DNA of 64,000 nucleotides from assembly GCA_964016885.1 (NCBI GenBank), contig OZ024754.1:38688001-38752000 (forward strand). The letters are read 5' to 3'. The DNA is from Eledone cirrhosa. Its lineage: Eukaryota. Made by a program: the position numbers and the translations under genes. This document shows positions 52,130 to 64,000 of this stretch, piece after piece. Below the pieces are notes generated by a model, which saw only the letters and a list, made by a program, of their open reading frames with translations, had not been told where the DNA came from and did no database searches. Within the stretch, counting starts at the first letter, position 1, and each line of letters begins with the position of its first letter.

Positions 52130-54264
52130 TTAACCCTTTAGCATTTACTGAACTCTCTATATACTGTTATATTTCCATGGTAAAGGCTTTACCTCACGTA
52201 ATATCTCACATAACATTTACTGAACTCTATATATACTGTTATATTTTCATGGTAAAGGCTTTACCTCACATAATATCTCACATAACATTTACATTACTCT
52301 ATATATACTGTTATATTTCCATGGTAAAGGCTTTACCTCACATAATATCTCACATAACATTTACATTACTCTATATATACTGTTATATTTCCATGGTAAA
52401 GGCTTTACCTCACATAATATCTCACATAACATTTACATTACTCTATATATACTGTTATATTTCCATGGTAAAGGCTTTACCTCACATAATATCTCACATA
52501 ACATTTACATTACTCTATATATACTGTTATATTTCCATGGTAAAGGCTTTACCTCACATAATATCTCACATAACATTTACATTACTCTATATATACTGTT
52601 ATATTTTCACAGTAAAGGCTTTACCTCACGTAATATCTCACATAACATTTACATTACTCTATATATACTGTTATATTTTCATGGTAAAGGCTTTACCTCA
52701 CGTAATATCTCACATAACATTTACATTACTCTATATATACTATTATATTTTCATGGTAAAGGCTTTACCTCACGTAATATCTCACATAACATTTACATTA
52801 CTCTATATATACTGTTATATTTTCATGGTAAAGGCTTTACCTCACGTAATATCTCACATAACATTTACATTACTCTATATATACTGTTATATTTTCATGG
52901 TAAAGGCTTTACCTCACATAACATTTACATTACTCTATATATACTATTGTATTTTCACAGTAAAGGTTTTACCTCACATAATATCTCACATAACATTTAC
53001 ATTACTCTATATATACTATTATATTTTCATGGTAAAGGCTTTACCTCACATAATATCTCACATAACATTTACATTACTCTATATATACTGTTATATTTTC
53101 ATGGTAAAGGCTTTACCTCACATAACATTTACATTACTCTATATATACTATTATATTTTCATGGTAAAGGCTTTACCTCACATAATATCTCACATAACAT
53201 TTACATTACTCTATATATACTATTATATTTTCATGGTAAAGGCTTTACCTCACATAATATCTCACATAACATTTACATTACTCTATATATACTATTATAT
53301 TTTCATGGTAAAGGCTTTACCTCACATAATATCTCACATAACATTTACATTACTCTATATATACTGTTATATTTTCATGGTAAAGGCTTTACTTCACGTA
53401 ATATCTCACATAACATTTACATTACTCTATATATACTATTATATTTCCATGGTAAAGGCTTTACCTCACATAATATCTCACATAACATTTACATTACTCT
53501 ATATATACTGTTATATTTTCATGGTAAAGGCTTTACCTCACATAATATCTCACATAACATTTACATTACTCTATATATACTATTATATTTTCATGGTAAA
53601 GGCTTTACCTCACATAATATCTCACATAACATTTACATTACTCTATATATACTATTATATTTTCATGGTAAAGGCTTTACCTCACATAATATCTCACATA
53701 ACATTTACATTACTCTATATATACTATTATATTTTCATGGTAAAGGCTTTACCTCACATAATATCTCACATAACATTTACATTACTCTATATATACTATT
53801 ATATTTTCATGGTAAAGGCTTTACCTCACATAATATCTCACATAACATTTACATTACTCTATATATACTGTTATATTTTCATGGTAAAGGCTTTACTTCA
53901 CGTAATATCTCACATAACATTTACATTACTCTATATATACTATTATATTTTCATGGTAAAGGCTTTACCTCACATAATATCTCACATAACATTTACATTA
54001 CTCTATATATACTATTATATTTCCATGGTAAAGGCTTTACCTCACATAATATCTCACATAACATTTACATTACTCTATATATACTGTTATATTTTCATGG
54101 TAAAGGCTTTACCTCACATAATATCGAATCTATGAGATTTTGTTATTGTTTGTTTTGAGAACAATACCTTAATGTCGGTATGAGTGGCTAGTTATGGCCA
54201 GTTTGAACAGAAAGAGGTGAGAGCATTCTGGCTGGATATGGCTGGTTTAAATGCTAAAGGGTTA
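52130..54264 (+). repeat. 69-bp minisatellite (~29 copies) expanded inside a piggyBac-type MITE
   Basis: Starts ttaaccctttagcattt and ends aaatgctaaagggtta; unit acatttacattactctatatatact[g/a]ttatattt[t/c]catggtaaaggctttacctcacataatatctcacata. Confidence 0.93.
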
Positions 54265-54329
54265 TATTCAAAATATTATTTTTATTATCTACTTTGAAGA
54301 CAAATCAGTGTTTTGAATTATATTTTTAG

Positions 54330-54398
54330 CCGTGCTCAAAGACCACTGAGTATGCCACTTTACAAACTCAAAGTCTGGATAGAAGATTCAAAGTTTGC
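54330..54398 (+). CDS. SPATA17: SPATA17 paralog B, candidate exon 2 (shortened, IQ1 lost)
   Basis: tatttttag|c RAQRPLSMPLYKLKVWIEDSKF gc|gtaagt; phase 2/2 fits exons 1 and 3; the alternative frame resembles paralog A IQ1. Confidence 0.5.
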
Positions 54399-55255
54399 GT
54401 AAGTTAAAGCAATATCCCTTATTCTATTTCTTGCATTCCTTTCTTTATTTTTACATGTGTGATCTGCTTATTATATATATGTATTGAGACGTCCGAGACC
54501 CACAGCAGACAATTGATGAGAGGATCTGTCTTTTGTTTGTGTTTTCCTTATATTTCTAAACACTCGTTTTTAGTAACCACACAGCACCTTGTCCCTTCTA
54601 AATTTATATAAATATATATACATACATCAGTTCCCGTGTGAGCAAGGCATGGTCAGCTGACCGGACACTTCCCACAACAGGACAACCCGTCTAACCCATG
54701 CTAGCGTGGAAGAACGGACGTAAAACGGTGATGACGATATACATATATGTATGTATATATATATATATATACATAGGCAAACAGAAATAACAAAGAAAAT
54801 GACACAGGTCAATGAAGAAATACATTATTAGTTTTATGCTTGATATAGTAGGAAAAGGATCTTAAAGTTTGAAGCACTGGTCCTTCATCAGAAAATAGAA
54901 TGAAGAATTAAAGTAGAAAGAGAAAGATTGAGGAGATAGGAAGTGACAGAAACAAACAAAACATTTTTTTAGAGAAGAAACAAGTCTATTCACATCGACA
55001 TCTCTAGGAAAACTCTATATATGGAGATAAGAGTGGGAGGTGATTGTGCTGATGAGCACCAGTTCAATTTGAAATGTGCATCCACGATTGACCCCCTTGC
55101 TTCTGTTGGACACCGCCAGACAGCATTAGTCGCTGGTGTTTTGGCATAGCTATGCCCCTCTAAATGTTTTTTTTTAAACATACCGTATTTCTTCTAAAAT
55201 ACAAAATTCCAATACATATCTGTATACAACTATGCCTGAAGCTGAATTGTAATTC

Positions 55256-55295
<40 letters not shown>

Positions 55296-55700
55296 AATTC
55301 AGTAGAAAATGCTGAAGAGATTCTTTCAGTATAATATCAAAACATTTATTTATAAAGTAGATATTTCCGCATTTAATAATACCGGTTTCAACATTATGTG
55401 CTTTTTCAACTGCGGATATGCATAATGTAGTTATGTTGCATATTTATACGAATAATAAAAAGGGGAAGAAAAATCATTAGTTTTTACATATTTAAAGAGG
55501 AGAGAAAGTTCATGTCTCTGTCCATGTTTGTCCTTTGTTCTCTGTTAGTTGGCTGACAGAAGTAGTAGTTTTAATTTTGGGGGTTTTGACTGTATATATA
55601 TTTTATATATATATATATGTGTACACATACATGCATATTGTTTTCCACATTTTCTTTTCCTGTACATGCTCTGTAAACTGTAGTTCCTCTCTTTTGCTAG

Positions 55701-55782
55701 ACTGCGCACAGATGCTGCTATTGTTATTCAGCGAAACTGGCGAGGATACAAAGCCCGCGTCTTCTTCGCTCATTACTTTTGG
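55701..55782 (+). CDS. SPATA17: SPATA17 paralog B, exon 3 (IQ motif)
   Basis: LRTDAAIVIQRNWRGYKARVFFAHYFW; 82 nt like paralog A exon 3; ag/gtaagt. Confidence 0.9.
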
Positions 55783-57054
55783 GTAAGTGTTGAAACTCAC
55801 CTTTCATTCAGTGTAGCTCACTGACTCTTAAACTGACAAAATATCAAGACTCCCTTCAAAAATATCTCTGAAATTTTATACCAATTTTATTAAAATGTAG
55901 CAGTTTGTCCACCTTCCCTTTTCAAACCTCACAGCCCACACTTTCCTTGTAAGGGACAATGTTGTAGATGGTTATCTGTTATTGCTTGTATGAGCTGAGT
56001 TATTTAATTGTCAATCAACAAATCAAACTGACCATTAGTTTGTATCGGGTCACTAGTATTGTGCTATATCACTACATAGACACTTTGATCTTGGGCTCAG
56101 TACCCTCACCTAGTTATGAATAGATGCCTGACAAAACTGTTTGTCTTGTGCTTTGTGTATGAGGTTCACAGCAATCTTCTGAAGGACTTTTGCTCAAACA
56201 CCTCAATTCTCTGATCTTTATTAGCTGTAAATGTCTGATATTCACACCTGTACAGAAAGGTCAGTCACCAGGGATTTATACAGTTTGAGCTATGTTGGGA
56301 ATCTAAAGGAACTGTTTTTCCATGACATTCAGCTTCCTCATGGCTGATACTTGCTTTTATCTCATTTATTGAGCTGCCATTCTTGTTCAGTATGGATCCT
56401 AGTTATTTAACCCTTTACATTCCAGGCCAGCTAAAACTGCCTCTGGTTCTATGAAACAAAATCTCGCATCTATAAGATTCCTACGAAGCTCATCGGGCCA
56501 GTGCTTATCCCAGTTTCATGGCATGAAGCGACTGAGAGTACAAGACTCCCCCCTGGACAGGATGACAGTCCATCAGCGGGTTAAGCCCCCAGCTATTTCT
56601 GGTACTCACTTTCAGCTGAATATACTGGAGCAACGTGAAATGAAGTGTTTTGCTCAAGAACACAACGCACAACCCAGCCCAGAAATCGAACCCACAACAT
56701 TATGATCCTAAGTCCAACACCCTTACCACTAGGCCACATGCCTCCACTTGTTCCTGAATTAGAAGTCAATATTCAACAAACTGAATACTTGATCTTTATT
56801 TCAACTTTTAACCTTTTTGTTATATTTCTAATGAAATACACTGTATTTAAATTAATTAATTAAGAATGGTTTAACAAAAGGTTTTTAAATAAAATAATGT
56901 CGGAAGATTTTATTCTATGAAATAAACTCACCCTTAATAAAGGGTTTATTCCATTGAACCAGAAGATGTGGTTTTGGGTGGGTTAGTATCAAAAGGGTTA
57001 ATTCTTTTGTTATTGATTGTAATGCTGTTACTTTCTTTTTTTTTATCTTTGTAG

Positions 57055-57105
57055 ACGAAATATTATGAGAAATGTATAAGTCATTATGAAAGAATGGCTA
57101 CAAAG
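57055..57105 (+). CDS. SPATA17: SPATA17 paralog B, exon 4
   Basis: TKYYEKCISHYERMATK; 51 nt, same MATK end as paralog A. Confidence 0.88.
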
Positions 57106-57709
57106 GTCTGTTCTTACTTTTTTAAACTTTTAAATAAGGCACATTTAAAAAAAAAAATTATTTCAGTTATTGAACTATGGCCACTTTGGAGCACTACCTT
57201 CAAAAGTGTGTTTTTTATTGGATTTTATTGGGTCCCCATATTTTGTTACATATCAATCTCTTTATCAGAAATACCCAACAATGAGATGCACTGCCACAGG
57301 GAGACCATTTGAAGAGGATATTAATGAGGACAAACTTGAGGTTTTAACTTATTACTTTTACACAAAGGCAACTTTGGTACACGTTACTTCCTCCACACGT
57401 TATTGTGGAGCTGGCACCAGCTATACACCAATTTCTTTACACTTTGCAGTTGATTGTCAGTTTTCATATCAAAAGGGGGGAGCATAACAATTTTTTAGAT
57501 GTTGAGGTAGGGCACAGTGCACAAAAGGTTGGGAACCACTGCTTTATATATCATCATCATCATTGTTGTTTAACGTCCATCTTCCATGCTAGCATGGGTT
57601 ACATGGGTTTGTCCCACTTGAAGCAAGATTGGTCGAGTGACCGTGTCTCGCTCATATAGAACTGTTTCTGGCAGGTTTTCTATGGCTGGATGCCCTTCCT
57701 AACACCAAC

Positions 57710-58465
57710 CACATTTACAGTGTAGACTGGGAGGCTTTTTACCGTGTCTCCTACATGACCACTTTACAGTGTGGACTGGGAGCCTTTTTTACCGTGTCTC
57801 CTACATGATCACTTTACAGTGTGGACTGGGAGCCTTTTTTACCATGTCTCCTACATGACCACTTTACAGTGTGGACTGGGAGCCTTTTTTTACTGTGTCT
57901 CCTACATGATCACTTTACAGTGTGGACTGGGAGCCTTTTTTACCATGTCTCCTACATGACCACTTTACAGTGTGGACTGGGAGCCTTTTTTACCGTGTCT
58001 CCTACATGATCACTTTACAGTGTGGACTGGGAGCCTTTTTTACCGTGTCTCCTACATGACCACTTTACAGTGTGGACTGGGAGCCTTTTTTACCATGTCT
58101 CCTACATGACCACTTTACAGTGTGGACTGGGAGCCTTTTTTACCGTGTCTCCTACATGATCACTTTACAGTGTGGACTGGGAGCCTTTTTTACCATGTCT
58201 CCTACATGACCACTTTACAGTGTGGACTGGGAGCCTTTTTTACCGTGTCTCCTACATGATCACTTTACAGTGTGGACTGGGAGCCTTTTTTACCGTGTCT
58301 CCTACATGATCACTTTACAGTGTGGACTGGGAGCCTTTTTTACCGTGTCTCCTACATGATCACTTTACAGTGTGGACTGGGAGCCTTTTTTACCGTGTCT
58401 CCTACATGACCACTTTACAGTGTGGACTGGGAGCCTTTTTTACCGTGTCTCCTACACGACCACTT
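57710..58465. repeat. 50-bp minisatellite (~15 copies) from the same short retroelement family as 37075-37600
   Basis: Unit cactttacagtgtggactgggagccttttttacc[g/a]tgtctcctacatga[c/t], after ...ggctggatgcccttcctaacaccaacc. Confidence 0.92.
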
Positions 58466-58669
58466 GACAGCTGTGTCAAAGACATGACAACCTCTTCTGG
58501 GTATGACTACATAAGTGAAACGACAGATCCCTGGCTTGTCTGGAAGATCAGCAGCCATCGCTTCAGTAGACTTGGTCTATATAGACCCATCCAACCCTTG
58601 CTAGCAGGGAAAGCAGACGTTAAAACGATGATGATGATGATATATAAATATAAATATATATTGAATATA

Positions 58670-59335
58670 TAATGTCAATGTACGTGAACGACCAAGCATG
58701 GATGAGTTAAGAGACAAACTGTGTATAAGAGGGATAAGTTGTAGTGTGCGGGAAAGAAGACTGCGTTGGTATGGACATGTGATGCGCATGGAGGATGACT
58801 GCTGGGTAAAGAAGTGCCAAGAAATCCCAGTAGAATGAAGACTCAGTAGAGGAAGACTCAGTAGAGGAAGACTCAGTAGAGCACAGGTTCTCAACCCATT
58901 TAAGTCAAACGCCCTCCTTTGTCCCTCGAAATCACAAATTATGCAAGCTCATTCAAATGCATTCATACTGGCTGTCTCAAAGACATACAAATATGGCTTA
59001 TAAAACTCACCAAAATAAAGAGCCTTCCAGCGCCCCCTGACCCCCCCTCCCCAGCTCCAAACGCCCCCCCCCCCCCCCCCCCCCCCCCCCTAACGCGACC
59101 TTGCTCCGAAACGCCCCCGGGGGTGCATATGCCCCCCGTTGAGAACCTTTGCAGTAGAGGAAGACCACGAAAAACATGGGCAGAGGTGGTGAGAGCAGAC
59201 CTCAGATTGCTGAAGCTCACGGAGGAGATGACGAAGAATGGTAACAAGTGGAGAGATGCTGTGCTGAATAGGACCCGTCCCACTCTTGCAAGCAGGGAAA
59301 AGCGGACGTAAAATGATGATGATGACGATGATGAA
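58670..59335 (+). mobile_element. RTE LINE 3' fragment interrupted by a MITE
   Basis: RERRLRWYGHVMRMEDDCWVKKCQEIPVE ... SRGRPRKTWAEVVRADL, (GAT)n tail. Confidence 0.88.
58882..59151. mobile_element. hAT-type MITE with 8-bp TSD
   Basis: TSD cagtagag at 58874-58881 and 59152-59159; TIR cacaggttctcaac / gttgagaacctttg. Confidence 0.88.
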
Positions 59336-59704
59336 ATATATATAAACAAATGTATCTCTAATATCGAGTTTGAAACACAAGAGTATTAAAGTTAATGGTG
59401 TAATTGGAAGAACTCAGAGCATGGAACCTGTTAAAACAGCAAAATGGTGTCATCGGGTAAAATTTACCTCAAAGGATAGAAAAAAATCAGTGGCTAGAAG
59501 TGTGTTGGCTTGTAGAAGTGATAGGAAGAAATGAGAAAGGGATAAATTAGATGAGAGGAGATCTCACAAACATGAAATTTTCTCATCAACTTTTAGACAG
59601 ACTGCCAGTGGTTTTGATGATTTAACTAAAAGGACCACATAAGATAGGTGGTTCGTACCAATGAAGAAATAAATATCTCTGTTGGATATATATATATATA
59701 CATA

Positions 59705-60152
59705 TAATAATGCTGTGATATATATTTCAGTGATGACACTGGCCACACTGTTCTGTGTGCGAGTGTCGTGTCATCATCAGACAGCTTGTTACATAATAAG
59801 GTTATGTTTCCGAGGCAATCCAAATTGGATCGACAAGGGAACGGATGAATTGCGTGTTTTTGGATGACGGGGTGAACTGACTAAGCAAATTTCGTTGAAG
59901 TCTGCGGTGGCGAATGGTCAACTTCCTTCGGACATGCGCTTGCGCAGGCCGGTGGGGGTGAATTGGTACTCACAAGGGAGCGGATGAAAAACCCCAAAAC
60001 ACACAATTCATCCGTTCCCTTGTCGATCCAATTTGGATTGCCTCGGAAACATAATCTTATTATGTAACAAGCTGTCTGATGATGTCACGACACTCGCACA
60101 CAGAACAGTGTGGCCAGTGTCGTCACTGAAATATATATCACACCATTATTAT
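59705..60152. repeat. Inverted-repeat element, ~155-bp arms around a ~130-bp GC-rich core
   Basis: Arms ~59705-59863 and ~59993-60152 are near-perfect reverse complements. Confidence 0.92.
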
Positions 60153-60279
60153 TAAAGGATTTGAACATCTGAAACTACTTCGCTTTTCTTTATACGATAT
60201 TTACTCCGTCACTCCTATGTGGAAAAAGTACGTTGAGTGCTTGAATTGAATTGCATCAAGGTTTACCCTAATATATATA

Positions 60280-60555
60280 CATGGGAGCATCCCAAAAGTC
60301 AGCTCAAAAGTGACACAGAGGAGACTGAGGTTGGCTGGACATGCTCACCAACATCCAGAGTTGACATTGCACTCAGTGCTCCTTTGGGAGCCCCTACATG
60401 GACACACTAGAAGAGGAAGACCAAGGTTAACATATGTTGATGCCCTAAGGACAGACACTGGTCTGTTGGAGATGCAGGATATGGCAGCGATAATGAGGGA
60501 CAGAGACCACTGGAGAGAACTCGTCCATGGATCTCGGGAATTTTACCCGCCTTAG
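60280..60555 (+). mobile_element. RTE(-X)-like LINE 3' fragment
   Basis: RRLRLAGHAHQHPELTLHSVLLWEPLHGHTRRGRPRLTYVDALRTDTGL..DRDHWRELV. Confidence 0.8.
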
Positions 60556-60598
60556 TTGTAGATATAGATAAATATTTAATTCTCTCTTTCTCACACAG

Positions 60599-60702
60599 AT
60601 TCAGAAAGTATGGAAAGGTTATTACAGTCGGAGGTATATTCTAAATTTTTACAAACGTAAGGAACAACTGAAGTATGTAATTCAACAGAATTCTTATTAC
60701 CT
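60599..60702 (+). CDS. SPATA17: SPATA17 paralog B, exon 5 (IQ motif)
   Basis: IQKVWKGYYSRRYILNFYKRKEQLKYVIQQNSYY; 104 nt like paralog A exon 5; ag/gtgagt. Confidence 0.92.
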
Positions 60703-60894
60703 GTGAGTAAATTCTTTGATTATTTCTTTTATAAAGAAGTCTTTTCTGACAGTTTTTGCTTAGATCTGTTTAACCAGATCGTTACCATATTTCTGCTGTG
60801 TATTCCAGTTTTTAGAATAGATCCACTGTTTCCCTGTATGTCGTAAGAGGAAACTAAAAGGGTTGGTATCATCCAGTTATAAATCATTGTCTGT

Positions 60895-61470
60895 TGGTGT
60901 TATTGTTGTTGTCCATTGTGATCGTGGTGGTGTTGTTATTTGTGGTGGGGATGGTGTTGTTTGTGGTGATAATGGTGATGGTGGTAATGGTGTTGTTTGT
61001 GGTGATGGTGGTGGTAATGGTGTTGTTTGTGTGGATGGTGTTGTTTGTGGTGGTGGGGATGGTGTTGTTTGTGGGGATGGTGGTGGTGGTGGGGATGGTG
61101 TTGTTTGTGGTGATGGTGGTGGTGGTAATGGTGTTGTTTGTGGTGGTGGGGAAGGTGTTGTTTGTGGTGATGGTGGTGGTGGTGGTAATGGTGTTGTTTG
61201 TGGTGATGGTGGTGGTGGTAATGGTGTTGTTTGTGGTGGTGGTGGGGATGGTGTTGTTTGTGGTGATGGTGGGGATGGTGTTGTTTGTGGTGATGGTGGG
61301 GATGGTGGTAATGGTGTTGTTTGTGGTGATGGTGGTGGTGGGGATGGTGTTGTTTGTGGTGATGGTGGTGGTGGGGATGGTGTTGTTTGTGGTGGTGGTG
61401 GTGGGGATGGTGTTGTTTGTGGTGATGGTGGTGGTGGTGTTGTTTGTGATGGTGGTGGTAATAGTGTTGA
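60895..61470. repeat. Degenerate (GGT/GTT)n trinucleotide-based repeat
   Basis: ggtgttgtttgtggtgatggtggtggt units; intronic. Confidence 0.9.
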
Positions 61471-61705
61471 TGCAATTTAAGTATGTTTGTATGTTTACCA
61501 GCAACAACACTGATCTAGACTTGGGTGCAATATTCCATTGAGTTTCATTTGAGCTTCACAGAAAGTTAGCAGTTATCAAGGATCTGAAGTATTTTCTCTT
61601 CTAGAAGATAAAAGCCAGTCTTTGTGAAGCAGTTTTTGCTATATTGTGGATGTGAAATCATGAAACATCACCAGTGATTGTGGGGCTCTCGCATTTATAA
61701 TGAAC

Positions 61706-61934
61706 TTAACCCTTTAGCATTTACATTACTTTATATATACTATTATATTTTCATGGTAAAAGCTTTATCTCACATAATTATCTTGCATAATATTGAATCT
61801 ATGAGATTTTGATATTATCTATTTTGAGAACAATACCTTAACATCAGTATGAGCGGTGAGTCACAGCCAGTTTGAACAGAAAGAGGTAAGAGAATTGTGG
61901 CCGGATATGGCCGGTTTAAATGCTAAAGGGTTAA
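61706..61934 (+). mobile_element. piggyBac-type MITE, unexpanded copy
   Basis: TTAAccctttagcattt...aaatgctaaagggTTAA. Confidence 0.87.
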
Positions 61935-62008
61935 GGGTTTTAGTTGCCTGTCATCCATGAGAGACTTTATGATGACTGAAAGTTTGTCCATTGAATTCTT
62001 TTTTTTAG

Positions 62009-62161
62009 TGAACATATTTCTGAGTTTGTAAAGAAAAAGGAAATTATTGAGAATCAACTCATCAACAGTTATCGAGAAAATCGACAGAAAGCTCAAGGTT
62101 ATAAAAGACATCACCTAATAAGTACTGCTGTTATACCTGGTGTTTATAATTCACCTTTTGG
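62009..62161 (+). CDS. SPATA17: SPATA17 paralog B, exon 6 (gene continues beyond the window)
   Basis: EHISEFVKKKEIIENQ..KRHHLISTAVIPGVYNSPF, matching SPATA17 HYLLSTKQIPGIYNSPF (recalled); ag/gtaaga. Confidence 0.92.
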
Positions 62162-63197
62162 GTAAGATACCTTCTACATTTTTCTTCCACACATTGTCAT
62201 CTCTGACAAGACCAGTAATTTGGGGGAAGGGGAAAGTTGATTAAATCAATCCCAGTACATTACTGGTGTTTCCACACATTGTCATCTCTGACAAGACCAG
62301 TAATTTGGGGGAAGGGGAAAGTTGATTAAATCAATCCCAGTACATTACTGGTGTTTTATTTTATCGACCCTGTAAGGATGAAAGGCAAAGTTAACCTCGG
62401 CGGGATTTGACCTCAGACCATAAAGGAGAGTAACTCTATGCTGCAAAGCATAGTGTCCGACTCTCTACCCATACTGCCAATCCACTTCCCTTACCACTTA
62501 ATAACAGAACTATTGAGGAATCCTTCTAAACTAACCATTACATTATTCTATATTTACTATTGTATTTTCATGGTAAAGGCTTTATCTCACATAATATCGT
62601 ATTTTCACGGTAAAGGCTTTATCTCACATAATATCGTATTTTCCCGGTAAAGGCTTTATCTCACATAATATCGAATCAGATGCTTATGCAATCATTGGTG
62701 CAGTTATGCAATCATTGTATATGACGATGATTGCGTAAGCATCTGATGTAGTCTCATGAATAACCATGTAACAGAAATATATATAATGCAATAAACAATT
62801 ATGGTGATTTAATCCTGTCATTATTTGATATATATATATATATCAAAAACAAGATGGTGTAAGGTAGAACAAAGGAGAGACACAGAATAAAAACCCAGTC
62901 ACAGAATGTGTGACAAAAAAGCTTTGACAATATTTAAACAACCAACTAGTTATCAAACCAACCAGCCAGAAATTTATAATAAATTGAAGTGAAAAACCAA
63001 CAGGTGCATGTGTTTTAATTGGGAACATGCATCCACCTCCAAGTATAACAATATATATGTGCTAGCGTGGAAGATAGGCGTTAAACGATGATGATGATGA
63101 TATCATCATCATTTAACGTCTATTTTTCCAAGATAGAATGGGTTTTATCTATCTCTATATACACACACATACACATTATATATATATATATATATAT

Positions 63198-63412
63198 ATG
63201 AAGTGCTTCCGTAGGAAAGGAGAGTGCTCTATGTAGACTACAGAGCTTTATAGCTATGTAATAAACAACATAAGATAATTATTCCATTTACCAAAGGTTT
63301 CACGAAGACAGACAAGCCTGACACAGGCTCCTCTGTTGTTTATTACATAACTATAAAGCTCTGTAGTCTACATAGAGCACTCTCTTTTCCTTTATCTTTC
63401 CTACGGAAACAC

Positions 63413-63413
<1 letters not shown>
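63198..63413. repeat. Fold-back copy of the 49975-50125 hammerhead element
   Basis: Nearly identical to 49979-50100 up to mid stem II, then an inverted copy of its own flank; embedded in (TA)n. Confidence 0.85.
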
Positions 63414-63484
<71 letters not shown>

Positions 63485-63559
63485 CACACACACATACATA
63501 TAAATGAATATGCAAACAGGGTGCTACATTTTCTTATAGTAATTTATTAAACAGACTGC

Positions 63560-63890
63560 CATTATGCACAACCCTGAGTACCTTTTTGATTTCCATGTGT
63601 CTAACACACGTGGACATGCCCACAAAGTAAGAAAACAGCACAGTTCCCATGACTTTCGGAAACATTTTTTCACGCTCAGAGTTGCTGAAGCATGGAACAA
63701 ACTACCGGCATCAGTTGTTAGCTGTCGAGACACTGCATCCTTTAAGGCCTCCATGCTTCCCGAGATCCGCCAACACTACAGCTAACACATACACACATGT
63801 ACTTCCCTGACATTTGTGTATTATTCTATGTACTATATTGACGAGTTGTAGTGCACCTGAGCACTTTACACAATAATTTCATTATATCAT
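63560..63890 (+). mobile_element. CR1-clade LINE 3' fragment
   Basis: NTRGHAHKVRKQHSSHDFRKHFFTLRVAEAWNKLPASVV (TRGH..FF..RV..WNxLP); same 3' tail at ~35950-36010. Confidence 0.85.
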
Positions 63891-64000
63891 TATATCATAT
63901 ATCATTTCCAGATATATCTGTTGATCGTTATGTAATGTTGACATTTGGAAACTGTTTCTATTGTGCCTTTACTTCCAAAGAAAGAAAATCTGAATATTTA

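Noticed and set aside
52033-54158. 700-aa and 403-aa repetitive ORFs
   Set aside because: The 69-bp tandem unit is a multiple of 3 and lacks stops; it lies in a MITE within an intron
54855-54900. Minus-strand CTGATGAAGG...CTTCAAAC hammerhead-like motif
   Set aside because: Core GAAA mutated and no convincing stem I; at most a dead relic
60863-61541. His-rich, Gly-rich and Thr-rich ORFs
   Set aside because: GGT/GTT simple repeat open in several frames; intronic, no splice support

Overview
AT-rich, repeat-dense eukaryotic (animal) DNA. The SINE families, TA/CA microsatellite load and gene content suggest a cephalopod such as Octopus (inference). Spliced genes assembled by hand: (1) the last three coding exons of a PACS1/2 homolog (+, 1102-4409); (2) a complete 4-exon C2orf73-like gene (-, 27561-23982, 210 aa); (3) a complete 10-exon SPATA17 (IQ-motif) gene (+, 28213-42153, 326 aa), head-to-head with C2orf73-like across about 650 bp containing RFX X-box-like motifs; (4) a tandem SPATA17 paralog (+, 46887 to beyond the window) with nearly identical exon sizes but different degeneration. 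Repeats include Penelope RT and GIY-YIG relics, CRE, RTE, CR1 and L1/Tx1 LINE relics, mariner and Helitron relics, piggyBac- and hAT-type MITEs, two tRNA-SINE families and several minisatellites that grew out of these elements. The most unusual signals are several minimal type I hammerhead ribozymes and a family of short fold-back elements whose inversion point lies at or next to hammerhead stem II, plus a degenerate ~15-kb inverted duplication between the convergent PACS and C2orf73-like 3' ends. All coordinates and homology calls come from manual reading and recalled family motifs; no database searches were run.
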